Origin: Ptychomitrium polyphyllum
Lineage: Eukaryota
Assembly (NCBI GenBank): GCA_973851085.1
Contig: OZ316776.1
Location: forward strand, 14,260,001-14,324,000
Length of the DNA stretch: 64,000 bases
Direction: 5' to 3'
Positions 1-13,193 of the stretch are shown piece after piece; positions within the stretch are counted from its first letter, which is position 1, and each line of letters starts with the position of its first letter. The notes beneath the pieces were generated by a model. That model made no database searches and was not told the DNA's origin. It saw nothing but the letters and a program-made list of their open reading frames with translations. Made by a program: the position numbers and the translations under genes.

Positions 1-420
1 ATGTACTATGAAACATTCAAATGTGAACAAGTTTTTAAAAATACAATGAAAGATGAATGTATCAAATATGTACCAATGTATGTATATATTAATTACAAAA
101 ATTGTCATTGTTCATCAAGGGTCTATCTTTAGAAATTTAATATTGAATTCAACATCTTTAAATGAAAACAAGTCCTTAAATTAGTTTTCATATATACAAT
201 ACAATTCCAAATTTCATATGGTAATTAAATTTTCAAGGAACACTACATTGTTTTTAAAGATTTTTTTGCAATAGATTACATGTGACATATTTAATATCTA
301 AAAACTTTAAGTATGTCCATATCCATCACTTACTACATGCATAGTAGAATTTTACATTACACCACATTATTGTTTCAAAGTCTAAAACTTCCAAAGCTTG
401 AATAATATGAAAAGCATGTA

Positions 421-470
421 CTTGTAATTGCATTCTTAAATCTATCTTGTAATTGCATTCTTAAATCTAT
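421..470. repeat. 25-bp perfect tandem duplication (CTTGTAATTGCATTCTTAAATCTAT x2)
   Basis: Two identical adjacent copies, 421-445 and 446-470, read directly. Confidence 0.95.
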
Positions 471-1999
471 CCAAGTATGGAAAGGTCCTTATTATGGAAA
501 GATAAGAAAAATTTCAATAAATTTTTAATACAGATGATCACTGGTAGATGTATTGAATTTCAAAATCATACTCTATCTAGGAAGATAAATTAATAAATTG
601 ATGTTTAAAAAGAATAGAAATCTTCTGAATATTTTTACAAACCAAGGTTGCATTTGAAAAATTAAATAACAAATTGGCTTCTTTTCTTTTTCAAATTTTA
701 TTTTAGATATAATTGTCAAAATACTATTGCAAATGCAAAACAACCAATTGTAACAAATACACATATTTAACTGATAGATAACAACCAAAAAACATTTAAA
801 TTAAAAATTTGATAAAATTCAAAGATGAAAAATGAATTGTTGCATTTAAAATTAAAATTAAAAAAATGAAAAACATAAATATTTATTGGTAATGCAGATG
901 ATTTGTAAGAACACATATAAGTTGATTTTTTGGCATCATTTTTACAACCTCAAATACTTTCTTTTTAATAAGTGATTAAGCAAGATTAGAGTTACAAAGT
1001 CCTAGTTCCATTCTTTAAGAAAATAAATTAATCAACAATACATTTTTAATGTCTTGGGTAAAGATTATGATTTTAAATATGTAACATGTTAGATTTTATT
1101 GTATAAATTTAATTTTCTTTTTTTAAGATAATTATCTTATATTACAACATGATTAAAAAAAATGATTTATTACTTTATTAAGGTGGTTTATACACCAAAC
1201 AACACATCTTATGTTTTTCTTCTAAAGTAGATTTTTCTACATAATACTCATCATGCAATTATTAAATCTATATAATTTTTTTAAATTTCTAATTTAATTA
1301 TTAAAAAATTTAAATATTTTTTTTAAAAAAACTTGGATGCAATGCTTTAAGAAAAATTGAATCTAATAGAGTACACGCCTAAAAATTATTTTTTTTTTTT
1401 TAAAAATTGACTAATCTTTAAAATAATTCAAATATATCGTTTTTCAAATATAAAATTACTTACTTTTAAATATACAAATTTTATTACATATTAAATTATG
1501 TTAATTTTATTACTAATTATTCATCCATTATGAATCATAATAAGCAATTTCAAAAATTATGTATAATTTGCAATTAATATTTAGAAAAGAACCAAATAGC
1601 ACAAGAATAGTGGAAAGTCTTTTTGGAAGAGCAAAGAAGAAATTTAGGCTAGTAATGGTATAGGTTTTGATGGACACTAGAAATAAAAGGCCGATAAGAT
1701 CAATTGGATGCAACTTGAATAATTGAATAATTATTCAAGAAAATGTGGCTTCTTCAAGCAATTCATACAAAAACCACCCAAAGAAGGAAATTAAATAGAT
1801 CCAATTATAGATGAATTAAATGTAAGCATAGATTCCAACTATATTAATGGCATCCAACTTCCATGCCATAATATGTGAAAGCCATAAAACAAGTAAAAAC
1901 AAGACTATATATATTAGTATTATGTCATAATTATCAAATCTGTTAAAAATGATAAATGGCAAATCATCATGAAGTATACTTTAAAATGAAATAATAAGT

Positions 2000-3260
2000 T
2001 TTTTTTTGATATTTTCAAGTTGATAATTGTGCACTGCCAAATTCCTCTAATGCTCTTTCAAAACATATCCAAGCAACAATTGGCTTTAAAGAATTGTCTA
2101 GATCCAAGTAAGTAGATTGCGCCTAGATTTTATTGGGCCCATATAATCCAAATATACTAGAATGAATATAGCAAACTTGCCAAGCCTTAGCAAGTTCCTA
2201 ACAAACCTAAACAACTTCAAATTTCTTCTTTAGGTCCATATAAGCTTGGTAGGCTTTTGTCTACATCTAAATAAGTTCCAACAAGGCTCATTTTAAACTA
2301 GTCAAAAATTGATAGGGCCCAATTGAGGCTACCAAGATCTGTCATGGATTATTTGCAATCATCTATTATAAATTTATTCTTCAAAAAGCTTAAAAGTGAC
2401 ATATATTTCCAATCTTTTAATAACATCAAAAATTCTAAAGACAATCTAGACATTGAAGGACCACCTATGTCCAAAGTTTAGACATTATATAATTCTAAGA
2501 TATATGCCACAAAAGTCAATGTTGCTTTGATGCAAAAATAATGCATGCTAGTAGGCACCAAAAGCATTGGCTTGAACAATTTTGAGCTCAAATCATGCAA
2601 ATCTAGAATCTAATTGAATTAAACAATTGAAGAATGTATGAAAATCAAATTTTTAGCATCCATAAAGGACATTATTAAAGAACATTACTAGGTAAATAGA
2701 AAGCTGCAACTCAATAATCCTCATGCACAAAGGTTCCATCAACCACCAAAAATGATAATATAATCTTAGCACATGGTTGATTTAGATTTTGAAATTCTTT
2801 TTTAGAATGAGTCAGGATTTAAAGTTTTGTAGGCATGTCTTGTCTTAGCACATGGTTGATTTAGATTTTGAAATTCTTTTTTAGAATGAGTCAGGATTTA
2901 AAGTTTTGTAGGCATGTCTTGCATCTTATCAAAAAGACTTCTTCAAAACTTTAACTTTAGAAGACTCTTCAAATACAAATAAAAGCCAAAACTTTCACAT
3001 CCTTAATTTTGCCCTTACAAGGCATCCACCTTTCTCTTCTTATCTTGTTTCTTTTATCCCATCTATACATCAAAAGCAATCTTTTTACATCCTTAAGACT
3101 TTTAATTGGATAAATTTCTTATCATTTTAACTTTTAAATTCAACTATCTATTAGTATTAGTTTGATTCAATCTTATATTCTTTAATCACTTCATTTTATC
3201 CTTATCTTATAACTTTAATTCTTATAATGCATCCTTGATGAAGTTAAAATATATAATAAA
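2000..3260 (-). mobile_element. Decayed LTR-retrotransposon gag-region remnant (probably Ty3/Gypsy)
   Basis: The minus strand near 3235-3170 reads DAL*EIKVIR*G*NEVIKEY, resembling the retrotransposon gag 'Q(G)..E.I.EY' motif. Many stops, CpG-depleted. Boundaries approximate. Confidence 0.45.
2764..2921. repeat. 79-bp perfect tandem duplication
   Basis: 2764-2842 is identical to 2843-2921 (TCTTAGCACATGG...GGCATGTCTTG). Confidence 0.95.
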
Positions 3261-3889
3261 AATACAACAAAAAAAAATCCTAGAAAGAAATAAGAACCAA
3301 ATAAGAAGAAGGATAAAAAACTACACACCAAGATTTGTAATTATCACTACAACCCCTTTTACTCCTTTATTTTATTTTATATTTTTCCTCTCTACCTTTT
3401 TTTTACAAAACCTTCAATAAAAAAAAACAATCAAATAGCATTTTAATCTATATATGCATTTGTAATACGACAATATAATAGAAAAATCTTTTCATAGTGC
3501 ATAAAGCGTCTAATATTAAACGTCCACAATAATATTCGTGGCATTTCCTACCTAGTTAACTTGGCTGTTATTCAAAATTAGGAAGCAAACGTTATGTACA
3601 ACCTGCTACATGGCCGGCGTTGGCTCATTCATGTTAAAGTCATCTATGAACAGGGTAATATAACCGTGACCATCCATAGCAATAGTGCAATGAAATTCAT
3701 TTTTATTAACCAGCAGAAAAAGGCTTCTGTCCTGATTATTACTGTGATGGTTTGCTATAAATTATCAGCACCTCTAATCAACAAAGAAGATAATCAATTC
3801 TTTTACACAAAAATTCACTTGTTTGCAATTGGATTTGTGATATTACCTTGCATTTTACTGCACCATTTGAACATCAACAGCACTGCCTG

Positions 3890-3893
<4 letters not shown>

Positions 3894-3955
<62 letters not shown>
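3894..3955. repeat. (TA)n microsatellite
   Basis: About 31 TA units with one CA interruption. Confidence 0.98.
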
Positions 3956-3959
<4 letters not shown>

Positions 3960-5590
3960 AGCTTTCAAAAGGACCAAGAAGATTCAATGAAGTCTAGGAA
4001 GGTTCTTAGAAGGTCTAGGAATCTCCAAAAAATTGTTGTAGAAACTACTATGATCTTAAAATGTTCCAACAAGTCAAAGAAGCTTCCAAAGAAGTAACTT
4101 AAAATTGCTTGAATACAAAGCATCACATTACTAGCTTCTTAAAAAGCTTCCAAAGAATTTCAACCCTAGTATATATAGGTGTTGAAACTAATAGAATTTT
4201 TAAATTTGACAATACATCTTTTATGGTCTAGTTGAGACTTTTTGGCCTTATATATTGTTGCAATTCTTGGTTCTTAATATAAAGACTAATTGTTTCATCT
4301 CTTTATTTCAAATCCTTATCAAAAAAAAAATTCCATAATACTGGTGAATTTAGTTGAGTTTTATTAAAAGATTTTAGCATTGTAAAGTTGTACAAGAAGG
4401 CCTGATAGGTGATTATATGAAACTCAATTAAAAAATGTTTTGGTGGATAAAATCTTCATTTACCAATGTACAGAGTGGACAAACTTGTTGAAGCAAATAA
4501 TGTCAATGCCATTGAAAACTTAATTTATTGCACAATTTAGAGGCATCTTACAATATGCTACTAATTAAAGAGGTTGTTGTAAGTTCCAATTGGGATGATT
4601 TTGCCAAAAGATTATAATCAATAACAACATATTGCATCAATTACTTTTAATGTGATTATAGAGAGTATCATTTTAGTTGTGTAAAGGTTCTTAAATCAAG
4701 AATTTTGCTAAAGGGCCATAATAGAAGAATTCAATCACATATAAAACTATGCTTTATTTTGTTTGCCACATACTAATGGTTGAATTGAAACAAATATGTT
4801 GTAAATTTAATTGAGTTGACGTGCATATTGTGTAGAAGCGTTCAAGATGTTATTGCTAGAGTCCACTGATATAATGTTTATTCCATACCTAGCACAAGAA
4901 ATTGTTGAAAAAACTTTATTTAATAAATGATTATGTCTTAAATTTCTCAAATTTTATAGCCATTCATTACATAAGTAATTTCTTTTTTTAACATGAGTTT
5001 CACTTGACATCTTGTAAATAAAACATTTAAAGGTTTGTAAATGTAAAATTGGCTTCAACATAGGCAAAGAGGCTAAATAAAGGAATCTTTCTAGCCTACT
5101 TGCTATTCCTTGTATTTAGCTCATTTTTCAAATAAATCTCTTTTAATGTACCTTTTATTGTTTATATAGAGTTGTTGTCCATATAATAATGATATTAAGT
5201 TTTTGCATGTTAATCATTGTATATTTAATATTTCATTTGTAGTTATATCATTAGTTAAATGATTTGAGTGTATGTAGCAATAACATGATTTTTAGCCATA
5301 TAGTGTATTTAAATGATTGTGACTTGTTACTACAAGTTACATGGATGTTTTAGCGGTTGTAACCAACACCACATACTCCATAATATGAAGTGTTTACTTT
5401 ATGCTTGAATAATCTTTAGCTCATTAATTATCACTTAGTATACAATCCAAGTATGCACAACAAAAGAACAAAAAAAACTATCATGTACAAAGGCCAATCA
5501 TTATATATTGAATAAAGTATTGAAAAAGGTGAATTTTTTTCTCTTCACGCATATGGCTTTATTTAAGGAAATACAATTTAACAAATGAAA

Positions 5591-7100
5591 TGTGGGTAGG
5601 GCCAAGAAAAGCCTGGTATGTAAGTATTGTATAAGCTACCATACTTACATACCAGGATGACATCCCTTGTCATCCCTTGACAAGTATTTTCGTGTTTACT
5701 TTATTTTTTCAAAATTCACAATAAATACTCCTTTACGTCTATTTTTCCCTTACAAAACATTTTTGAAAAATTCCTAAGACTTTTGTCATCCCAGATTTCT
5801 ATAAATAGTTGCAACAAACCTGCTGAGTATGGTATCTGTGAATAATTAAGATTTTACAAGGTGAAACAAATGCATGTAGCATTTAAGCTTATCACACCAA
5901 GATTCTGGTGCAAAGTATTTCGTTTATTTGGAACTAACTGATACTGTCACTATTTCCAAACCAAGATTATATATGTTTTCCTGAACTTGGAGAACAAAAT
6001 GTATAATTATTGTAGATAATATTGTTCTGCATACAGGAACAGTTTCAGGTACTCATTCCTCAATTCTCTTTCAATCTGCTTAGTGACACTCTGTATCTTT
6101 TCAGAGCCTGTGGGATACAAAAGAGCTAGATCAGCTTGTCTGAGTGAAACTTCTTTTGAGCAGGTGCTGAGTTGCACCCATTCTTAGCAGGTAGGTCAAC
6201 TACACTCATGCTTTGTTTTCTTGCAATCATGGCTGATGGGTAATTTCATGACTTAGGTTCTATCCTTAAACTATCTTCTCTGGGATCTTTTATTGGTGCC
6301 AAGAATCAAAAGAGATGTCCATGATTTGTTTTCATGAATCATATGATAGAAACCCAGATGGTATGTATATCATGTGCTTAGCACACTGGGGGAAATGATT
6401 GAACCATACACTGCAACTGAGAATGGACTCAAGAGCAGGATTGCAAAGCATTGCAAGCATTTAGAATGATTTGGCATATATGTTGGAGTTTTGGTTGCAG
6501 AAATGGAGATTATTGTGAAGCTTCTCTTTAAGAACAAGCTTGAATCAATACCCTTATTGTTTATGAGGAAGAAGATCAGGCAAAGTGGAGTCAAAATTAG
6601 GAGCCAGTAGTCTGCAACTTTTGTTTAAAGACATCTTGCACAACAACAAATATGACTGTATGAGGTTGTGCCTTTGGATCTAAAAGGAAGGTTAAGTTAT
6701 GATGTAAACCTTGGATGACTTATCCACATTTGATAGTGTTGAATGCATCTAAGTGCTCTTGGACCTCCTCATTTTTGAAAAATATGACATATGTACACAA
6801 ATGTTGTCCATTGACAAAGTACTGGCTTCTCTGTGCAGTGAAGAGAATTCATATCTGGATTTCTGGTCATTGAGGGAATCGTGTGAAGCTGCAAATTAAG
6901 TTGTAGCCAAACATATATGAACAAAGAAGTATTCAACTGTTGCTTACAGAGGAAGACAGTGTTTTTGTTATCAATATTCATCCTTGTTTTCTGCTGGAAG
7001 ATTTGTACATACATCAATATACAAAGACACTCACCCTTTGTGTCTCATTTGCATTGTGGACAGCCTGCTGAACCAGAAGCTGTATGACCCTCTATTTTTG
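5591..7100 (+). mobile_element. Possible decayed Ty1/Copia-like 5' end (LTR-like segment, PBS-like TGGTATC, gag-like remnant)
   Basis: Starts with TG at 5591. TATA-like CTATAAATA near 5798. TGGTATC at 5830-5836 matches the start of the tRNA-iMet PBS. Near 6450-6550 the + strand reads HLE*FGIYVGVLVAEMEIIVKLLFKNKLES, weakly like Copia gag. Highly degenerate. Confidence 0.3.
5612..5656. repeat. Inverted repeat / hairpin with a 16-bp perfect stem
   Basis: CCTGGTATGTAAGTAT (5612-5627) is the reverse complement of ATACTTACATACCAGG (5641-5656). The stem extends by GTA/TAC after one mismatch. Confidence 0.9.
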
Positions 7101-10036
7101 TATACAGAAGAATACTTGCACATTCTCATGTGTTCAATTTGAGAAGAAATATTTGATGTCATCTATGAATTTGTGATTTATATTATTCTCCTTTTGCACG
7201 TTGGATGATTCTTGGCACTACTAACATTGTGTTCTTTGTAAGGATTCACATCCTCTTCTGGCCAACATTGTGTTCTTTTTGTTGTTTGAGTTATCCAAAG
7301 TATTATCCTTACTAGTTATTTAATAAAATATAACTTTTTCATTAGGCATTTTATTCATGAAAAAAATGTATTAAATTTCAAATATTTATTGTGCTATTGA
7401 ATTAGGAATGTGTAGTGTTCTTAAACTTACATATTTCCAATGGAAAATGTAAAAATGTTATTTTCTATGAAAGTGACCTATAACCATTATTGTATAAAAA
7501 CAACTTAAGTATTTTATTATTTCAATATGCTTGTTTGGATATTAAAACACCCTTCATCTTTGACAAAGATGACTATATTTGGCTATATATTTTATTTTTA
7601 GCATGTTGTAATTGTTGGATATATGAAAGATCATACTGGTTGCATAGACTGTATCTTTTAGACATAAATTTGGGTGCACTTTTATTATTGTTTATATTAC
7701 TTGAATTGATGCCTTCAAGATCACGCAATACAAGAATTAATATATGAAACTTGATGAAGATCAAAATGCGTACAATAATGACAATGGCTTGTTTAAGTTA
7801 TTTTGTAATGGAGCAATAAATTCTTGCCCTTTTATAATGTCACTCAAACTGAAAAACTTAGGAAATTCATCAGATTTAAATTTTTAAACATAATCATTTA
7901 TCTTAAAAAATTTATTGTTTTTTTTTGTCTTATTAAATGAGACCAAAATAAATATATGCAAGACATTATTAAATATAGAGATGAAGGTACCACAACAAAG
8001 AATCTGTGACAACTATGCACATTTGTTGACTTTGCTGAGATATTACATTCACAACATGTTCAAAATTGAATTTCCACTTGAGATTGTATCCTAGGCTTCA
8101 TTCTTTTTTGGGGATAGTTATAACAAATTGGCTTCATTAAAAGACCTTAATCTTTTAGATCAAGCATTTCTTTGTTTCATGCAAAAATCAATGAAATGTA
8201 CTCAATAACTGCAGCATGGTCAATTTGGATGTTTAAGAGTTGATGTTACTAATTTCAGTCATTCTGTACAACCATTAGATGATTTCTAGGGACATCCAAG
8301 CTCATGAACTTGTTATAATGGGAGGCACACATCCATAACTACAGCCTGCGTATGTCTTGTAGACCAAATCACAACAAAGTAATCCATGTTTATTAACTGT
8401 ACTGTATCTCTATCTTTAATCTGTTACTTCACCAACCAAATTGACAATGCATCATGTGAAAGAGGATTGTTATTCTACAAACCTCTATTTTGCAGTTGCA
8501 AAGGACTTGTTACAGGCCAAAAAAGGATACAAGTATAAACTTTGTGAAATGTGTGGGATAGTAGCTGTTGTGTGTAGATGTGTATTGGGAAATTGTGAAG
8601 AAGAAAGCACATATTGGTTGCAGCAGCATTGGGCACATGTAATAGCACAGCATGGCTTGGATTTAATAGTGGAAATGTGAATGTTATTCATTTTTTTCAA
8701 ACTAAATTTGATATAACATATATATGAAGTATTCAAAATACTATCTAGTGATAGTTTTATTAGAAAGTACATATTTTATAGAATAGTATTGAGATTTACA
8801 TCTATATACTATGGAGAAGAACTTTTAAAAGCCACTATAAAGGTATACATAAAAGTATTACAATACCAATTAAAAATTATATGATTTAATTTGACTTCAA
8901 CCAAAACATTTTTAAGAGATTTCTTTGTCAAATACCTTATAAAAGGGAGTAGCATGCCTTGATTTATTGGTACAATATAACATGTACTTTGCAAACTAAG
9001 TCTTATAATGGCTTTTAAAAGTATTTGGAATTGTTTTCATTAAGATTAAAAATTTGTACCTAAGAGAATTTAGAGTTCAATGCTAATCTTTTCACATTAA
9101 AATGAGTACATATATTAGAGTAATTTGTTAAGTAAAATTTCTTCACCTTGTGTTTACAAATTATATTTTTTCATAAATAGTAGTTCTTAATAATTCATGA
9201 CACAAATATTAAAGCATTTCCACTTTGGAAGAATAATTGGTAGAGCTTTGGACACGGAGGACAAACAAAGGATTGGCTTGGAAATTTGGTTAACTTTATA
9301 AAAGTTCAAAATTTTAGGTTTTTCAACCATATTTTAACATTAGAAATGTTCTTCATTAGTCCATCAAAATGCACTTTAAAATGTGTTTTGCCAATTTGAT
9401 AACAATAATGAGTTGTTGAGTGTGTTTTACAAAATTCCCTTTTTTCAAGGAACTTAGTGAATAAATTTATTGTCTAATAAAATGATTAACATAACATTCT
9501 TTACACAATGCTGTAATTTTTATTTTTATTTTAAAAATAATTTCTACTAAATCAAAGTGTAAAAATGATATGAAACTTCTTTCATTATTTGGCACTTATA
9601 TAATAGAAAGATGAGTTTTATTAATAGTTATTAAATGTTGTTAAAACAAAATTAAACACTATTGTAGCTTATATTATAATGATTTTTAAAGATGCTATGA
9701 TTCTTAAATGTCTCATTATATATTTATAATTAATATCATATAACATGATTTTACTACATTGGAGTAGTTCTAGATGTCTAAAGTATTTAAGTTTGAAAGC
9801 AAATTTGGAATTAATATCAATAGAATTCTCTTGCTAGCACCAAATGCAAAAAATTGTCAAAATACATTTATTAATCTAATGGAACATCTAAAAATTAAAT
9901 TGGATTATTATAGACATCATTAACATATAACATTATTAGTAATTTGAAATAGCTCATTTCCATTTCAGAAAATGGATAGTGATGAAATGTAGCATTGAAT
10001 AAATGAGTATAGTATTAACAACCTTGAGTTTTTATT

Positions 10037-10062
10037 TATATATATATATATATGTGTGTGTG
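10037..10062. repeat. (TA)n(TG)n compound microsatellite
   Basis: Read directly. Confidence 0.9.
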
Positions 10063-10299
10063 TACGTACGTACATACTTTTTCCTTTTTTCATCCACAGA
10101 ATGTAGGGAACATACCAAAGTGGTGTAAATTTAGAGGAACAGAGGTTGTGGTTGTAAGTTTCTCTGTGACAGGCATAAATTCAGTGAAACCAGATTGTAG
10201 CGCCTACAGTTTTGAGCAACTAATTAATTTGCTCATGTTCTCAACTTCATTAAAGGTTGCTCCACAAGCACCACAAAATGGGCGCACCTGAAGTCTTGG

Positions 10300-11750
10300 A
10301 CTTTGTGGACTTGGCAGTTGAAACTATGGTGGACTTTCTATATATTTAAGACTCAAGAGCCTGGCAACTCAAAGGAATCTTTAGAATAGGTGAACTAAAC
10401 AATGTCAACTGCAGTCAACCTGAGACTGATTCATACCTCCATTTGCAATCCTTGTACATTGTTGTTGATTTTCCAAATCCTAAGCTGTATGAGAGTTCTT
10501 CCAGTTTTTGAAGCATTTTGTGGAAATTCAGATTCAGATAATGTATAAAATCATAATAATTTCTTCCCTACACCCCTCGTGCATTTTAATCATAGGAATT
10601 TTTTGAAAGCCATATCTCTGCATGAGTTATATGGTTGTGGTTCTAAAAGTTCTATGTTACAGATGACGAGTCATGATGTGGGAAGGTGACAACTGTTAGA
10701 ATTAAGGGAACATGTAGTACAGTTAGTTGCTGTCAGGGCTGAAGACTCCACCAAACCTTCATTCAGTCTATGAAAGAAAACTAATATTATGTGATAATAT
10801 GCAAGATGTATTCAATTGTGTCCACTGTAAGTATACAATGGACATGTTATGCATGGTAATGCATCACAATAGTTAAGAAACATAAAAATTGCAATGAAAG
10901 ACTCCACACCATAATGAACCCTGTTAAGTAAGGGGTTCATTTTGTTCTCAAGGAAAGCTTTTCAACACTTTCAGCTGAAAATACTTTCTTTTGAACAACA
11001 AGTTACATTGTAATTTTACAAGACAAAGGCTTCTAGTTATCCCAGCACATTGTCACACCTCTAGTAGTCTAATTTGAACACTGGGAAGTTGCAATTCTGG
11101 AGACCTTTTGATGGTTTGCCTAACTGGATACAATGTTGGACTGTGTGCCCTTACAATCATGTCTGTGGTAGGACCATATACAAAGAGCTCCCTTGGAGGC
11201 CCTGAACAAATGGTTGTACATTCAATGAGTAAGATAGGCTGGGTAGGCCAAGATCAGTTTGTCAAGCTACCACCTTTTCAAGGCTCCTATTGGTGGGTTT
11301 TGCTCAAGTCTGGACCTTGGTACTATTGACACCAATCAAAAGAAATCCTGGTCAGCCAAGTGTCTTTAATATTAGAACATCTGAACCACTTTTACCAAGA
11401 TTTATGTGCCCACCTTCTACCTTATCCACTTCATGTAGATGTTGTTCAAATGGAAAATATTTAATCATAAAGTTATTATTGAAATAGCAGAATATGGTTA
11501 CTATACTATTGGGCTTGCAAATGGGTTTGTTGTGGGTGTTGACACATGCAGAATGCTTGGAATGAAAGCAAGGGCAAGTTATGGCTTTTGCAAGATGTCT
11601 CTGGATGTTGGTGGAGCAGAGAGTGAGTCTTTGGACGGTTTGGTGGCTCCATTCTCTAGTTTCACAACTTTTCTCCATGGCCACTGCCTTCCCAATAGAG
11701 AAATACATGTGTACATTCCCCAGAATTACTTAGTTGAAACTGTCTTGGGG
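10300..11750 (-). mobile_element. Decayed Ty3/Gypsy pol remnant (RT followed by integrase Zn-binding region)
   Basis: The minus strand across frameshifts reads SAPPT/QRHLAKAI (cf. NAPATFQR.M) then FEQHLHEVDKV..HINLGKS...LKTLG..GVNSTKVQ (cf. RT 'EEHL..L..V..LN..K...LGH....KV'). Near 10500-10400 it reads LEELSYSLGFGKSTTMYKDCKWRY (cf. integrase H..GH.G...Y....RY). RT-before-INT order indicates Gypsy. Confidence 0.6.
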
Positions 11751-13071
11751 TGGCACAAACTTGCAATCCTATTGCTGGCATCACTGCCTCATGATGTCCA
11801 CTAACATACCCACTGCCTCATGTCATACTTTAATAACTATCTATTTGCTGCTTTGAGGTGAAGCTGCCTCACTGACACTTGTACTCCAATCTCTGGTAAT
11901 TTTGAAGTTAATGGGTTCTTACTTGCCTATAAGCCATGAAAAGTAAATGAATTCATCAATGGTTTTCAATTTATTCCACCTAAAGTTTCAAACTTCTAGG
12001 TAATTTCAGCTCTGAGGTTTGAAGGGGTCCCCTCTCTATGGGCCCCAGCAGAACTATACCTACAGCATGCAATTCAATTCATTCATGCCTGTAAGCCTAA
12101 ATAAATGATATTATAGACTAACTGTAAAGCACATTTTGCACTTTGGTGTCACTTATAAGCCATTTTAACAATCAGTTAAATCTTTAATTTGGTGGTATGT
12201 TTCTACTTCTAAAAACAAATTGTTTTGTTTTGTATCTAGAAAAGCAATAGAGTTCTATAATTCTATTATAAAACACATATTTAAGAAACATATTCTAACA
12301 AAATACATGAACTTTGAACACACTTCCACACCTTCCATGTACAATGGGCTAGGATGTCAAAAAACAATAAGATATTGTTTTGTACCAGCTCAAAAAGAAA
12401 GCACATCTATTTTGTCACCTAAAACTTGTTATCATTTTAAATATTACTGAAATTTATATTATAAGACAACAATGTATTGTACTATAGAACTGGAAATAAA
12501 ACTTATGTACAACTGCTTGAGCAGAATTTTTTTCATTTCTTGATATACAACAATGTCTTTTTACTGCTTTGTGTTATAAGAAATACATATTAAATTGAAT
12601 GCGCATGATTTTAAAATACTATCAACTTTATTTCTACATCTCTAATTTGAAATCATATATGACACTATAATTTGTTGAAAGAAAAGCCAAGTAAATAATG
12701 TTTTTAAAAAAAGTATTAAGTATTAAAAATCAATTTCAAACTTTAGTGTCATTTAGATTTCTAACTTCAAAGATTTGTCATTGTTAACCACAATTTAAAA
12801 CAACTTCACCACATTTTAGGCAATATGGAAGAAAAGCTTATGTGAAATGTAAGTAAGCTGGTGCCAGAATCTTCACAGTCTGATAACTTTCTACAACAAA
12901 TTCAATAGCAACTATTGCAAAATCTGGTAATCTTATGCTTAATTTTGTATGGAACATAACTATTGAGTGCCCAATAGGTCAGATAGTGGTTATTTAGAGT
13001 TGTTAGTTTTTGTAATAATATGGAACATGTTTTGAGTTGGACTTTGCTGCTCAGAAGTCAAATGTAGAGTA

Positions 13072-13193
13072 TGCATATAAAAGATGATTTCAAAATGCAC
13101 CTACTCAGTGAACAAGAAGTATCCTCAATTGGAATCTCAGTGTTCAAAACACTTGTATGTAAGGTATTGCATATAAAAGATGATTTCAAAATG
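13072..13193. repeat. 26-bp direct repeat, two copies 96 bp apart
   Basis: TGCATATAAAAGATGATTTCAAAATG at 13072-13097 and 13168-13193, plus a partial third copy near 13203. Confidence 0.85.

Noticed and set aside
3594..4097. 167-aa ORF
   Set aside because: It stays open only by reading through the (TA)n tract (YIYI run) and joins two unrelated segments. No domain recognised.
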